Below are positions 1-14,450 of a DNA stretch of 64,000 nt, piece by piece. Made by a program: the position numbers and the translations under genes. The stretch lies in the NCBI RefSeq assembly GCF_009914755.1, contig NC_060931.1; one strand, given 5' to 3'. Under the pieces are notes generated by a model that was not told the origin of the DNA, searched no databases, and was given only the letters and a program-made list of their open reading frames with translations. Source of the stretch: the human T2T-CHM13v2.0 reference genome, Homo sapiens. Each line of letters starts with the position of its first letter. Within the stretch, counting starts at the first letter, position 1.

Positions 1-1334
1 GTAGAATTACAGAAAGAGTGGATAAGAAGCTTAATAACCTGGTGGCAACCTCACCAGCAGCAGTAATACATACACGCTGAAGTAGACAAAAAGTATCTTT
101 CTCTTCCAAAAACTTCACTTGAAAGTAAAAGTCAATTTATTATCATAGTAGCAATTGAACAGCTGGCAGTACTAATAAATTATTATTCCTACTGCAAAAA
201 GAAACTAAGAAACACAACTAAAACTTTGGTAATACTAGTATAATAATAAGCATTAATTTTGCATAAAATTTCTGTTTTATTCTCATAAGCAGAATTTCAT
301 TTTTGATTATGCTCTTTGTTGTCAGTCCTGACTTCAAATAAATACTGATTTTCAATATTTTGCCATTTAACATTTGGACAAAATATGTATATTTGATGCC
401 TCTCTACCCTGGATTGTAAGCTTTTTATGCTTATCCTTCATCTGCTTCCTCCAGAGATATATTGTCTAAGCTGTGAACTCATTCATTTATGTAGAGTGTG
501 AAATATATCTTCCTGAAAAGGATGATATTAAAATGTGCTAACTTCTCCCTTGATTTATGTTTCCTTCATTGTGAATAGAAATTTGAAGAAAATGATCTCT
601 TAGAATCCCTATCTTTTTAGGAAAGAATTTCCAAGATCAAGGGATATTGATATCAGTTACACTTAGTGATTTTTGTGCTATTGAGTAAATTCACTCATAT
701 ATGTATCCATAGGTTGGTAAAGTAAATTAAGAAAATAATAAAAAGACAACCTGTGGTTAGCATATAGGTTCACAATGAATCTATTTTTAACAAGATGTCC
801 CAAATATATTCACCTTTCGCACAGCTCAAAACTCAATATCATACCCTATTCTGGTTTAGAATTAACCTATTCAAGTGGCATGATGGTGAATATTTACCTT
901 CACTGCTTTTTTCGTAAACTGCAAACTTTCACATTTACTTGTAGCTATTTAAACATAAACACCTACACAAATACATCATTGAACCTTAAATTTTATGTTA
1001 CTTTCATTTAGTCCATTTCACTTATGACAGTTGCTTTAGGTAAAGTTAATAGCAGTAGCTCACTTCTGAACTCTAATATAATGTTTCTCACCATCTGGCT
1101 GAATAATTTTATTAATTAATACATTGCTCACTGCTTCTAAGATGAAAACTTACAATATATTATCAAAGTCCTTCAGAGAAATATATCTCAGACATGGCTT
1201 TCACATCACACTCATTTCAAGCAATGGCTACAAAATCTATTTTACTTTCCCTATTTTTCATGTGATGAATGATACAAGGATCAAAATTTATTTATGAAAT
1301 TTTGCTGAATTTCTGGGATGATAAACTCAGTCTT

Positions 1335-1729
1335 TGATATGGTTTGGATGTGTGTCCCTGCCCGAATCTCATGTTGAATTGTAAATCCCTGGTGTTGGAG
1401 TAGGGACCTGGTGGGAGGTGATTGGATCATGGGGTCAGATTTCCCCCTTGCTGTTCTCCTGATAGTGAGTGAGTTCTCACGGGATCTGGTTGTTTAAAAA
1501 TGTGTGGCTCTTCCCCTTTTTCCTCTCCCTCCTGCTCCAGCCACTCCAGCCACTCCAGCCATGTAAGATGTGCCTGCTTCCCTTTGTCATCTGCTATGAT
1601 TGTAAGTTTCCTGATGCCTCCCCAGCCATGCTTCCTGTATAGCCTGTGGAACTGTGAGCCAATTAAACCTTTTTCCTTTATAAATTACCCAGTCTCAGTT
1701 ATCTCTTTATAGCAGCCCGAGAACGAATA
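1335..1729 (+). mobile_element. MSTA-type MaLR solo LTR
   Basis: Starts TGATATGGTTTGGATGTGTGTCC and ends AATTAAACC..TAAATTACCCAGTCTCAG..TTTATAGCAG; candidate 5-bp TSD gtctt/ttctt; internal ccagccact triplication at ~1537-1562. Confidence 0.85.
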
Positions 1730-2694
1730 TTCTTCACCCTCAGGATTTAAAGTAGCAGTAGAGGGAAGCAGTGCATCCAAGATGGACTATCATTCTGAAA
1801 AATTTAATTCTCACCAAAAAGAAAACCCTCAGTGAGAAATTGCAGTTTCTGCTTTCACTGTTTAAGGTTACTCATGATACTCTAGATCTCCTTGATCATC
1901 TGTTATAGAAAAACAAAACAAAATGGAAATTGTTCCATATTTAGAAATGTGGGATTCAATCCTATTTATGTCAGTTTCCTTCTATTGTCCTTTCCATCTG
2001 AGTAAAATCTAATACTTATTTTAATTTATTTTTTAATCACAACACCACCAAAACTTGACATTGCATCTAAATTTCAGAAATGCATAAATGTGAAAAAAAA
2101 TCTTGTAGTTGGTGTATTATAAAACATATTAAGTGAAAAAAGTAATAATATTATATTGCATTATGACCATAAAATGAGCATTTATGTTAATTATTAAATT
2201 AACATAACTTCAACAATATGTATGAGTAGACAATATTTATTATTATACTTTAAATTTTGTTGATTTCATAAGTTGGTGAAATAATTAAACCTAGAAAAGT
2301 GCCTTACCATGTTTTTGTTGTAATTAAGAGGTAGGATTCCAGTGATTTTCTAGTAATCACTGTAATAGTGAGACTAATATGTTTCTAGTTATTATTTCCT
2401 AAAGCTTATTTTTTTTCTTTTTTTTTCCTAATACCACATATCTTTAGAAATTACACCATTAAAAATTTGTAAGCACGATGTTCCTGAAACAATGTTTCTG
2501 GATAGATTCTCCCTTCCCTTCCCATTTCCAGTAACTGGTCCCTCCTCCTCCATATGGCATTCAGAGAATCAGCCATTCCTATAATTGCCGCAACAGTCCT
2601 AGCCACGGCCACCATTGATCATTCCACTCTGGGAGCCTCTGATCCCCAGTGTTCCAGTTCTAATTCCTTACCTGAATCTGCCAGATGTCTGCCA

Positions 2695-2920
2695 TAGCAG
2701 CTGAAACATTTTACAATTTCACTAGTAAGTATGAAGCATGAAGGTTCCAATTTCTTCACATACTCACCCACAGGTAATATTCCATTTTTTAAAAATATAG
2801 CCATTCTAGTAGGTGTGAAGTGATGTCTCTGTGTGGTTTTGATTTGCATTTCCATCATGACTAGTAACGTTGAGAATCCTTCCGTGTGCTTGTTGGCTGT
2901 TTATAGATCTTCTTTGGATG
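2695..2920 (-). mobile_element. Old L1 (L1M) fragment, ORF2 C-terminal region
   Basis: Minus-strand translation EMQIKTTQRHHFTPTRMAI resembles L1 ORF2p EMQIKTTMRYHLTPVRMAII. Confidence 0.8.
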
Positions 2921-3622
2921 CATGTGTTAGGATTTTAAAAAGCAGCACAGGACACCTGGTACTAGTGCTGCATTAATCTAGGCTAGGCTAGGCTATATGA
3001 TAAACACAATCCCAAATGTACAAACTTTGACACCTAAAATGTTTTAAAAAGGTAAAACTCTCACTTGCATGTCTTGGGACATGAATTATGTATATGTTAA
3101 TCTGGCTTCTTTGTGGGAAAGGACAAAGAAATTATCCCAACAATAGTATAATACTGTATAATATAGTTGGTTTTGGCTGCTTTTTGCAAGGTACAACACA
3201 CACACACAAATGTGAGCTCTGCAAATAACGGTCAATATGCAAGCAGAAATAATAAAAGATTCTAGAAAAAGTGTAACAATTTAACTTTTTCAAATATGAG
3301 AAAGACCAATAACTATAGTTCTCTAAATAAAGAGATATTTCTGAAAAAGCCTCTGAAACACAGGCTCAAGTGATTTAGGTTAAACATGAGACTGAGGGTA
3401 TGTGTCCTGTAATGACTGTAACTGCAGATTTGGGCATTGCTTTCTACTTATTATTCCTGGTTATGCAAACCCCAAGATTGCCCATTAACTTAGAAGAAAC
3501 AGCTGTGTGTAAGGAGTATACGTAAGAGAAAATAACAAAAAACATCTTTGAGAATTAGAAGTTGACAGAAACTAAGGTTATGGATCGACCACAGGCAAAG
3601 ACATAAAAAAGCCCACTGGGTG

Positions 3623-3655
<33 letters not shown>

Positions 3656-3899
3656 GCAAGTTGAATGTCGGAAGAAAGAAATCGTGAGCCTTATATAAAA
3701 AAATCCTAGACTTGCTGAGCCTAGGAATAACCCTTTGGTCTATAATTTATTATCAGAAAGTGATTTGTGAAAGTTTTGAAGCCCTCAAAGACGGTATATG
3801 CCTTTATGCTTTTTTCAGATATGGACAAGGAGGATAGTAAAAAAACGACCACCCAAAAGTGGACAAGATTTTGCTACAGAGAATAAAAGATAAGGATGA

Positions 3900-4190
3900 T
3901 ATTCAGAAAGGGAGAAACATTGCATAGTGAACCATCATCTTTTGCCCAATGGGTAGGTGGCCCTCAAAGAGTTTTCCCAGGGAAATTTCCTGTTTCCCCT
4001 ATATTGTTTATTGTGTGTTGGGGGTAAGGTAAGAGATTTCAGAAAACGTACCTTTTTGTTATCTAGTTTTCTGGACTAAAAGTAGCCATATTGGGCTTGA
4101 TGGAGTTGCCTTCATATCACCCCAAGTTCCTAAACTTTAAGCAGAATACAAAGATCGGGTTGAACTTTGTGATGTCCTCTATTGGGGAGT
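3900..4190 (+). mobile_element. Probable MaLR internal 3' remnant (MLT1-int)
   Basis: Degenerate CCTAAACTTTAAGCAGAA..GAACTTTG directly upstream of the MLT1F-like LTR; weak similarity. Confidence 0.35.
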
Positions 4191-4194
4191 TCTT

Positions 4195-4480
4195 TGGTGC
4201 TTTAAATAAATGTCCACAAATTGACTGATACTTTTCCATTCAAAAGGTGGAGTTTGATTATCTTCCTCTTGAGTGTTGGTTAGATGCAGTCATTTGCCCC
4301 TGCAGAATAGAATTTGATGAAAGTAGCCTGTGTAATTTCCCAGATAAGGTCATAAAAGGAATTGTCTTCCTACTTGCTCTCCTAGATTACTTCCTCTAGA
4401 GGAAGACAACTGCCATGTCATGAGAACACACACAGCTCTATAAGACCACATGGTGAGGAATGGAGGCCTCCTGCCAACAA

Positions 4481-4533
<53 letters not shown>

Positions 4534-4755
4534 TACCACCGTGGATGAGGATCCCCTAGCCCAAGCAAGCATTCGGATAACTGCAATTTCAGCGGACAAC
4601 TTGACTGCATTCCCATCAGAGACCCTGACTCAGAAACCCCGGAAAACTCCTTCCAGGTTCCTGACTCTCAGAGACCGTGTGAAATAAAAAGTGTTTGCAG
4701 TTTAAAGCTGTTTGGAGTGGGGGAAATTTGTTACACACCAATGGAAAACTAACAC
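4195..4755 (+). mobile_element. MLT1F-like MaLR LTR
   Basis: AGGTGGAG.., CCACATGGTGAGGAATGGAGGCCTCCTGCCAACAACC, GAGACCCTGA, AATAAAAAGTGTTTG, end AACTAACACA. Confidence 0.8.
4483..4535. repeat. (GT)n microsatellite inside the MLT1F-like LTR
   Basis: About 26 GT units with one AT interruption. Confidence 0.97.
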
Positions 4756-4779
4756 AGGTTGCATATGCTGTGTTTGGCA

Positions 4780-5112
4780 AAGGCATTTAGTGACCACGGG
4801 ATATCCATTTACTCTCCCTCATTTCTGAACCCACTTCAGTCACGCAAGTGAATGGCCAGTTCTGCTCAGCAGGCTTTAGGCAGAAGCAGCGCGTGACTTC
4901 CAAAGAGAAGCACAGAAGAGTGAACAGTTTTCCAAATGATTTCACCGCTCACCCTGATAATGGTGGAAGCCTGGCGTTGAGATGCTGGAGCCGGAAGTTG
5001 GAAACAGGCGGATCCCTGAGTCCTTGCTGGAGAGGACTCTCATGAGTGAGGCATACTGTTATTAGTATAATTTTGTATTAAGCCTCAGGGTTTCCTTGTT
5101 TGTTATCACAGA
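4780..5112 (+). mobile_element. Old MaLR LTR remnant (MLT1J/K-like)
   Basis: GGATCCCTGAGTC..TGGAG.. and 3' TATTAAGCC..TTTGTTATCACAG typical of MLT1 ends. Confidence 0.5.
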
Positions 5113-5129
5113 GAGGCTGGCAATCTTCA

Positions 5130-6600
5130 CAGGACGGTACAGATGTTCCACTGGGTGGAAGTGGAGGCGGTGTCTTTGTCAAGGCCCACAGTCGGCCCAG
5201 CACAGGACCAGGAACTCGGTCCTCACCGGGAGGACACAAAGTCCAGACCTGGGAGTGCCACCGCCACGCACTGTGGAATTTTGTCACAGAGCTGCTGTTC
5301 TTTATCAGAGTCCGTTTTAATGTAAATCTCTGAAGAGAAGAACACTAGTCAAGATGATACTGAGTGAGGAACAGAGACCCCTGGATGGGGTTTTCTCGGA
5401 ATTCTGCTTAGGTTCGCAGGGCAGTCTCCTGCAAATCACTCAGAAGAATTGGAATTAGGATATAGACCCAAACAACCAAGCAAGGTAAATGCACTTCATT
5501 TGCATGCGTTCTTCTGAGCGTCTTCTAAATCCCTCTGCGTTTCTGCTCTGGTCTGCGCCTACCACACACAGGGTTCCTGAGTGGAGTCCTTGCGACTTTC
5601 CTGAGGACCCAGGCAGCCTGGGGGTTCCAAGGCGGGGGCTGTGGGGGCGCTGGGGACCCGACCCGCTCTGGGTGACCCGCCAGCTGGCAGCCTCTGCTAC
5701 AAAACACCCGCGCCAAGGAGGAGCTCCTAATGCCTTAGACTAACACGGTGATGCTGCAGTGACTAGTCCATATGCAAGAATGCAGCACTTTATGTTTGCA
5801 CCCCTGAGGAGTGAGAGCTGGTCCCTAGCATCCGGGTGACACGCCCCGTGCCTGATGCTGGGAGTTTAAGCTTTGGCCTCCGTCTTGGGACTGACGCCAG
5901 CCCCAGGTGCCACGTGTTGAGGAGTGGCCCATCTGTTAGAAGTGGCCTGGTGTGTGAGGGACAGGCCTGCAGAGGAATATTCCCAGGGAGGCAGCCGTAG
6001 CTCTAGTGCACGTGAGGCATCTATAAAGAAAAAAAGGACACAAAACGCCTCTCCTGGTCCACACAGATTTCTGCCTTCTTCGGGAAATGCCACTAAGGAC
6101 CTCCACCGCTTTTGTATTCCTTACCCCACCCCAACCACAGAGGGCTCGGAGCACTCACACCTGTGAAGTCAGGACTTGCCGCCACCCTCCTCTGTTGCCC
6201 CTGTCCTCCCATTCCATGCCTGAGGAGTCGGGCAGGCGGCCCCGCCCAGGCCACGCTTTCCGTGTCCTCTGGCCCGCGAGGCTTTGCATGGACAGAACCA
6301 ACGGCGAGCCGCGCCCTGGGGACTCCAGGCTGCCGGGATCCAGTCCCGCCTCCAGCGCAGGCTCCACCCTGGGGAGCTCCCGAGAGGCCTGCGCGCTCCT
6401 GCTACTCTCCAAGCCTGCAAGGAAGAACCGAAAGACCTTTATTACATTCCCTGGATGTTTGCATGGGACAGTGAAATCCTGCCCTGGAAAATGGGAGCTG
6501 ACAGTAGCCTCAGGAGTCCAGCAAGGAATGAAATTTCAGTCCCTGCTATGAGAGTCCAGGCGGAGATGAAGGCTGATGGCGCCTTGGATGTCCTCTAGAG
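5130..6600. promoter_or_regulatory. GC/CpG-rich island-like region (candidate promoter or enhancer)
   Basis: Sharp GC rise over the AT-rich flanks; ~18 CpG counted by eye in 6180-6400; E-boxes CACGTG 5911-5916 and 6009-6014; TATAAAGA 6022-6029; octamer ATTTGCAT 5498-5505; GC boxes. Confidence 0.55.
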
Positions 6601-8609
6601 GTGACCAAGGACGAAGGCAGATACATCAATGGGCTTGGCAGTCATCATTCATTTTGAATTTGTTACTAGATACATGATTTTAACTAAGAACTGATAAATA
6701 GGACATTTTTGTTTGCTTATTTTCAAAATTAGCTTTGCTTTTTATTGGCAATTTTTTTTTTCTCTGTAGAGACCCTAGTTTATTTTTAATTCCATAGACA
6801 TGGACACCCTGCTTCACTTTTGACGGAATAGGGTAAAGGCAATGAGAGAAGAAAAATATAAAGTAAACTAGCTAAGAAGATCAATTCGTTGGAGGTGAAG
6901 AGCTACGGTTACAGGGATTCAGATGGGCTTGCACTATGACCAAATCAGTGACTTCACCAGGGGTCAAGACCAGAAAGCTGAGCTGAGCTGCAGAGGCCGG
7001 GCAGGCCCCCAAGCAGGGATATGGAGGGCAGCAGCCACCACAGACAGATCCTTCAGGGTTTTGGTAAATAAATGACATCACCAATGTTGATTGTAAAAAA
7101 ATCAAATGTTTTCTACACAGCATTCCTTTTCTATTTCTTCTAAGAAAGTGAACATATTAAAAATAATATTTGTGAAGTGCTTTCCTAGTTACAAATTTCA
7201 TTCAGAGATACCTCTATAATCTGAATATAAACTAATGCAATCGATTTTGTGGATTTGTATGAAATGCACTAATGTGTGAAAATGCACTGAACAAAATTAA
7301 AAGCATAGTGAAGCCATGAATAAAGCCTAGTTTCTTTTTTTGGCTACAATTTATAAACATAAATACAAACCAAAGTCAGTGGTGGAAATATGCTGCATGG
7401 TATTTTTTAAAAACCGAAAACCAAGTATCTCCAAGGATAATATACTCTGTGGAATGAGAAGTGAAAAATATATAATAAAAGCATTAAATCCCTATGAGGA
7501 AAAAACACATTGTTTCTCCCACACGTCTTTGAATAAGTTTTCCTCCTTGCTTTAATGGTTTCCATTACTAACCCAGGAACAAAAAAGCAAGGCTCAAAGA
7601 GATCACAGGAGAGCACAACTGGCCTGTGGTGCTGTTAACAGATTTGAGTAACCCATGTCACTATTTTCCAAAATCCCAAACTGAGAATGCTTTATGCAGT
7701 CTGTCGAGAAAGAACAGAAAACTGGTTATGAAGCAAGTTTGTGTTGTGTTGCAAATACTCACAATTACAGTTGAGCATGCTGCACATCATGTCTTCAGTT
7801 CAGGGCTTGCCATGAATCTGGATGAGAAATCCATTAGAAAACAAAGGAAGCATTCCAGCTCTCCCTGTACCATTGTTTTCTATAACAATCCAAATCAATC
7901 AATCACACTGTTTCTGGAGACCAGGACTTGGAACTAGCCTTTGCTAAAGGAGTATTTTATATTATGAGAAACCATCAACAAATACAGAGAAAGGGCAAAG
8001 GCCTTTTTCATTTCTTCTTTGACTTCACTGTAAATCTCCAGGTGTTTATGCACAGCTCCTGAGGGACCCCTCTCCTGAAGCACTTCATTGTTCTTTTCAG
8101 AAAGGATAAATGTTCTGTATACGGGTTTGTGTAATGAGCTCAGAATGGATTGTTGTCATTAGTCATAGGCCCTATGTGAAACTCTTAATCTTGCTGAAGA
8201 TATTTTGAGTTAAATTCCAAGAAATAGTCTCGTTTGACTTTACTATTTATGGAGAAGGAGAAGCAATTGACCCGTGTGTCCTTGAGAAAGGTAATTGAAC
8301 TGAGGACATTTGACTCCGCTGGAGTGATTCGTTAATCATGGGAGTGATTCAAATGCAGAAGGAGAATACTTTCTGTTTCAGCAGAGAAAGTGCTCAAAAC
8401 AGGGAGAAGGAGTTTTGAAGAAATTATACCTAAAACTCTCCTTTCTTTTGAAGTTCTGCTGACCTACACTAAATCCCTCTCAATCCATAATATGGCCATC
8501 CCATTAGCTTTTTGCATTCTGGGTGGATTTTGGTATGTAATGAGTGCACTGGCATTTTGCAGTTACAGGAATCTGCAGGTGCCTACACAACAGTCAAACT
8601 ACATAAAAA

Positions 8610-8790
8610 CCATCTTCATTATCATCATAGCTACTTATTGAACACAATTTAAATTATTATTCATTTATTGAGCACCTTTTATGTATCATCTCATTTAATC
8701 TTTACAATAACCTTACGGCTGCATACTGGTTTTGACTCATGCTAACCTAGGTCCCACAGTGGGCAGGTGGTCCTGGAATATGATCTCTCA
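8610..8790 (-). mobile_element. MIR SINE fragment
   Basis: CATTTATTGAGCACC..ATCTCATTTAATCTTTACAATAACC..GGTCCCACAG. Confidence 0.6.
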
Positions 8791-9199
8791 GATTCACCAG
8801 TCTCCCTGGAATGGCCCATTTTCTGCTTCTTGATATCCTGGCAGTGCTGGACCTTTTGTTTCCCAAGGGTTTGTCCTATACTCTTAAAGGGTCTAAACAT
8901 TTTCCTCTTTATGCATTTGATTGTTGTTCACTGCTCATTAGATGCTAAACACAAGTTCTCTGATTATCTTCACATATTTACTTTTCTCTCCAGTGGTCGC
9001 AGAAAGCAGACATTCAAAATGCCATGTGACCTAAGAAAGAGCAAAGTTTTCTCACTAAACTGGTTATCCTCAAGTCGTCGGATACCTGTGCTGCACTGAG
9101 TATTAACACACCTTGGTTCACAAGGAGCGTTACCTCACCACTCCTGAAGATCTTGACGTGAGAAGCAATGTGTGACTACAATTCCTAGAGCTGGCCTTC

Positions 9200-9390
9200 C
9201 AGAATTTGACTAATGGATCTATGACTGACTGAGAATGGGAGGACAGACATATTACTTAACCTCTCTGTGTTTCTATGTCCACTTCTGTAAAAGGACAATG
9301 AGATAGCTATTCCACGAGGTTGTTATACACTGTAAAATGCATAGCTTGAACTGGTGCTTACTACCTGGGAAATATTCAACAAAGTAGCTG
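9200..9390 (+). mobile_element. MIR SINE fragment
   Basis: TTACTTAACCTCTCTGTGTTTC..CTGTAAAA core. Confidence 0.55.
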
Positions 9391-9865
9391 CTTTGTTCAT
9401 TTCCTGTCTGTATTCCCCATACAGAATAGGTCACATGGGATTCAAGGAGGCATTTGTGATAACTGCATCTGCAACAATGCTAATCATGAGTAGTTCTTTG
9501 CCACCTTAATTGGGAATAACCAGAGGTATTCTGCAGTCCTCAACTACTGTACTACCACTAATTGAGGGATACTAGGCAACCAGCTAATTAAGTGACTAAT
9601 GCATAAGCCACCCAGGGCACATTTATTCTCACAGGTTCTTGGGCAGTTATTTTTATTTGCATTATAATTTGTTGTAAATCAGAATGTGCAGGGATTATTT
9701 AAAAGTAGTTCAAAATAAGATTTGTGAATTTGGAAATATCAAGGTTCCCCTGCAAGAAAAAGACACTTTGAATTTCAGAGTATTTTAATACTTACAAAGC
9801 ATTTTAATACACATGATGTTACTTGAGCTGCTGTAAGCTGCCCTAAACCAATTAGGGCACAGAAA

Positions 9866-10000
9866 GTATATATATATATATATGCATACATATATATGCT
9901 TTTAAATATATATATTTGAAATACATAATACATATTTATGTACATATCATATATTATATGTATTATATATAAAATATACATTTATATATTTAATTAAAGT
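9866..10000. repeat. (TA)-rich degenerate simple repeat at the 3' tail of an L1
   Basis: TATATA/TACATA array abutting the L1MB-like 3' end. Confidence 0.85.
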
Positions 10001-10004
10001 AAAT

Positions 10005-10525
10005 ATATTAAAGTAAAATTCACATAACATGAAAATAACCATTTTAAAGTGAAAATTCACTTGCATTTAGTACACTTACAATATTTTGCAACCATCAACT
10101 CTATCTAATTACAAAATATTTTATCACCCTCTAAGGAAGCCCTGTGTCTTACAAGCAGTTATTCCTTTCCTCCCCCACCTTCCTCCAGCCCCTGGTGACT
10201 ACCAATTTTTTACTTCTATGGATTTACCTACTCTGCATATTCTATATTGGTAGAATCATAAAATATGTCATCTTTTGCATCTTTTTCAACTTAACATGAT
10301 GCTTTCAAGGTTCATGCAGGTGTTCCTTGATCAGTACTTTATTCTTTTTGATGGCTGAATAATTTCCCATTGTATGTATATGGCATAATTTGGTTATTAA
10401 TTCATCCATCAATAGGCATCTCAATTGTTTCCACCTTTTGGCTGTTGTAAATATTGCTGCTTTGAATATGTGTGTACGTGTATTTGAGTATCTATTTTCA
10501 ATTATTTTCATATATACCTAGCAGT
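10005..10525 (-). mobile_element. L1MB-like 3' end fragment
   Basis: AAAATTCACATAACAT..CCATTTTAAAGTG 3' UTR; ORF FKAAIFTTAKRWKQ..HTMGNYSAIKKN resembles the ORF2p C-terminus. Confidence 0.85.
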
Positions 10526-10916
10526 GCATCATAAATATTTTTTGGTCAATAATGATGATGATCAAAGGCACTTGAGATATAAGAGTTAATTAAATAGGCT
10601 ACAGCAAAAGAAATTTATTAAACAAATGTTCTGTTAACAGGAACTAATCCATGCGCTTGTTTTGTAGCTCAATGACTTACCAGCCTCCTGTCCTTTCAAG
10701 TATTTACACAATGACACTCATTCTCCATGCATCACACAATCAGATATTCTTCTTAGCCAATGGCTGGAACCAAGCTGTGGATATTTATCCATAAGGGATG
10801 CATGAGAGAGGCTACAGTGGACTATTCTCCTGTTTGAGAAGAGTGGGCATGTTTCTAAACTATAATCACCAATCCATGTCTTGAGTAGGCTTAATTTTAT
10901 CAGTGAAAATCTGTCA

Positions 10917-11676
<760 letters not shown>

Positions 11677-11904
11677 TTAAAATATGCTCTTCAGATCATC
11701 AGTAGTGTTAACTGACTATCCCTAGCATTAAAGCTTAACCAAATTGGTGAGTACACAAGGTCCCTCTGATTAGACTAAGTATTTTACATTATTTGCAACA
11801 TAAGTCATGCAGTATCTCCGTGAGATAGGTAATGCAGCTGTGTTTGATTTTCATAGTTGAGGCAAAATGGCTCAAAAACTTGGCTTGCTCAAATGTACAT
11901 GATG

Positions 11905-12386
<482 letters not shown>

Positions 12387-13637
12387 TTACTGAAAAAATT
12401 ATGTGACGAGCAAACAGGAAAAGTAGGAATTTTGATTATTTGCCAAGCAGAATTTTTACTTCCATGTATTTAAAAAGTAAAAAGACTGTAACGAACCTCA
12501 CTATACCTCTTATAAAAAAAAAAACAAGAAATAACAACAACACAAAACTTATAAAATGTTATTGCCACCAAAGCCACATACAATAATTGAAAGACATAAA
12601 ATTTGAAATATAACAAAGGAGTTTAATTTCAATTTTATTATTTTGCTATGTGTAAGACTTTAGGCAATACTTTCAACTTATAAAGATTTATATCTCCTAA
12701 CAGAATTATGTGGATAGTAGTACCTGTGATGCTGGGTTTTCAGGCATATTGTAGATGAAATAGAAATAATTTTCTATCACATAGTAAGCATTGCAGAAGT
12801 TTGTATTATTATAATAACTTATTATCTCCTTTAGAATGAGACACATGCTTATTTATTTCATATCTTTAATACATGGCATGATGCTTTGTTAACAAATATG
12901 TATGATAGAATTACAGTTAATCAGGGCATCAGAGACCATAAATTAACATGAGTGGCAAACTAATTTCATGTTTAATGTTTATCCATTCCTAAAAGTTTTT
13001 TTCTTTAACAAGAAATTAAAAATATGACTGAAAAGAGAGCACTTTATCACTGGTGACTCAATAGATGGCTTTGAAGGGTTCCTATGACTTCAATCTGGAC
13101 GCCATGATTTCTATCAGTATCCTTCCCAGCCAATGCAAAGAAATACACACTCTAAGTAAAACTAACCTGCGGGTTCTGAAAATATAAAGTCAAGACAAGT
13201 CTGATTTCTCCTCCCCAACATGCTTGCCCAATTTAATTCCCAAGGAATTTCTGGAGTCACCGCAAATGTACATATCAATGTCAATAAATATAGGAACCAT
13301 GGCTCCTAGAAGGAATTTATTAGAAATATTTCCAGCTTAGCTTCTCATGACCCTGAGTTACTACATTCAAATTATGGAGTCATTTATAATATGAGAAAAG
13401 TTATGAATTAATCTACTTCAAATGAAGTCGATTACTGGAATACTATCCCAGTAGTGGCACATGGAAAATGAGAAAGCTATTGATAATTATCTTAAGCAAT
13501 TAAAAAGCAATTTTGGCATTCATTAGCTTTTATTCATTTTTTTATATATAGTCTATGATTGTTTGGTTTTTAAAAATCATTTATTGTATTGCTATTATTC
13601 TTTAAAAAATATAAATTGCAGAATTATGTAATCTGTT

Positions 13638-13935
13638 CATGTCTTCATCCATCTGAGCTGCTATAACAGAATACCACAGACCAGGTGGTTTATAAACAGA
13701 AGAAATGTATTTCTCACAGTTCTGGAGGCTAGGAAGTCCAAGTCAAGGAGCCAGTAGCTTTAGTGTTTGCTGAAAGACCACTTCCTGGTTCATAGATGGC
13801 CATTTTCTCACTGTGTTCTCAAACGGCATAAGGGGCAAAGAAGTTCTCTGGGGCCTCCTTTTATCAAGGAGGGCACTAATCCCACAAGTGCTTCAACTTC
13901 ATAACCTAATCACCTTTCAAAATTCCCACCTCCAC
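13638..13935 (-). mobile_element. MLT1A-type MaLR LTR (partial)
   Basis: GCTGCTATAACAGAATACCACAGAC..TTTCTCACAGTTCTGGAGGCTAGGAAGTCCAAG..GGGCACTAATCCC. Confidence 0.8.
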
Positions 13936-14295
13936 AGTTCTATTTCCATGCTCACTCTTCCACCTACAGAAATATGTTCTCCCATGATGTGTATTTCTAC
14001 TATTTTCCTGAAATATCTCTAGTTGACAAAGACTACCAAGCTCACTAAAATATCAATTATAACAGCAACAAAAAGCACTTCTAAGAACATCTTATTGACA
14101 ACTAAACAACTTAATAGTGCACAAATATTATTTCCTTCTGAAAACATCTTCTGTGCGTACAATTCTATTAAAATTACCTTTCATTCCTTCTGTTTTTGGT
14201 GATTTATTATACTTTCTAAATTGCTTTTTTCTTATAAAACAAGAATTAGCCTTTCAATTTCTCATTACTGCTACTTACTGATATTATTTTATGCA

Positions 14296-14403
14296 GTATA
14301 TATACACATCTATATATGTGTGTGCTTGTGTATTTATATATACATATGTGTGTGTGTATATATATATATACACACATATATATATACACATATATATATA
14401 CAC

Positions 14404-14438
<35 letters not shown>

Positions 14439-14450
14439 TATATATATATA
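14296..14450. repeat. Compound (TA/TG/CA) microsatellite replacing a FLAM tail
   Basis: Direct reading; abuts tttgagatagggg of the FLAM. Confidence 0.95.

Noticed and set aside
6087-6598. Overlapping 104-154 aa ORFs in the GC-rich region
   Set aside because: Open in several frames on both strands, as expected from high GC; no recognisable domain.
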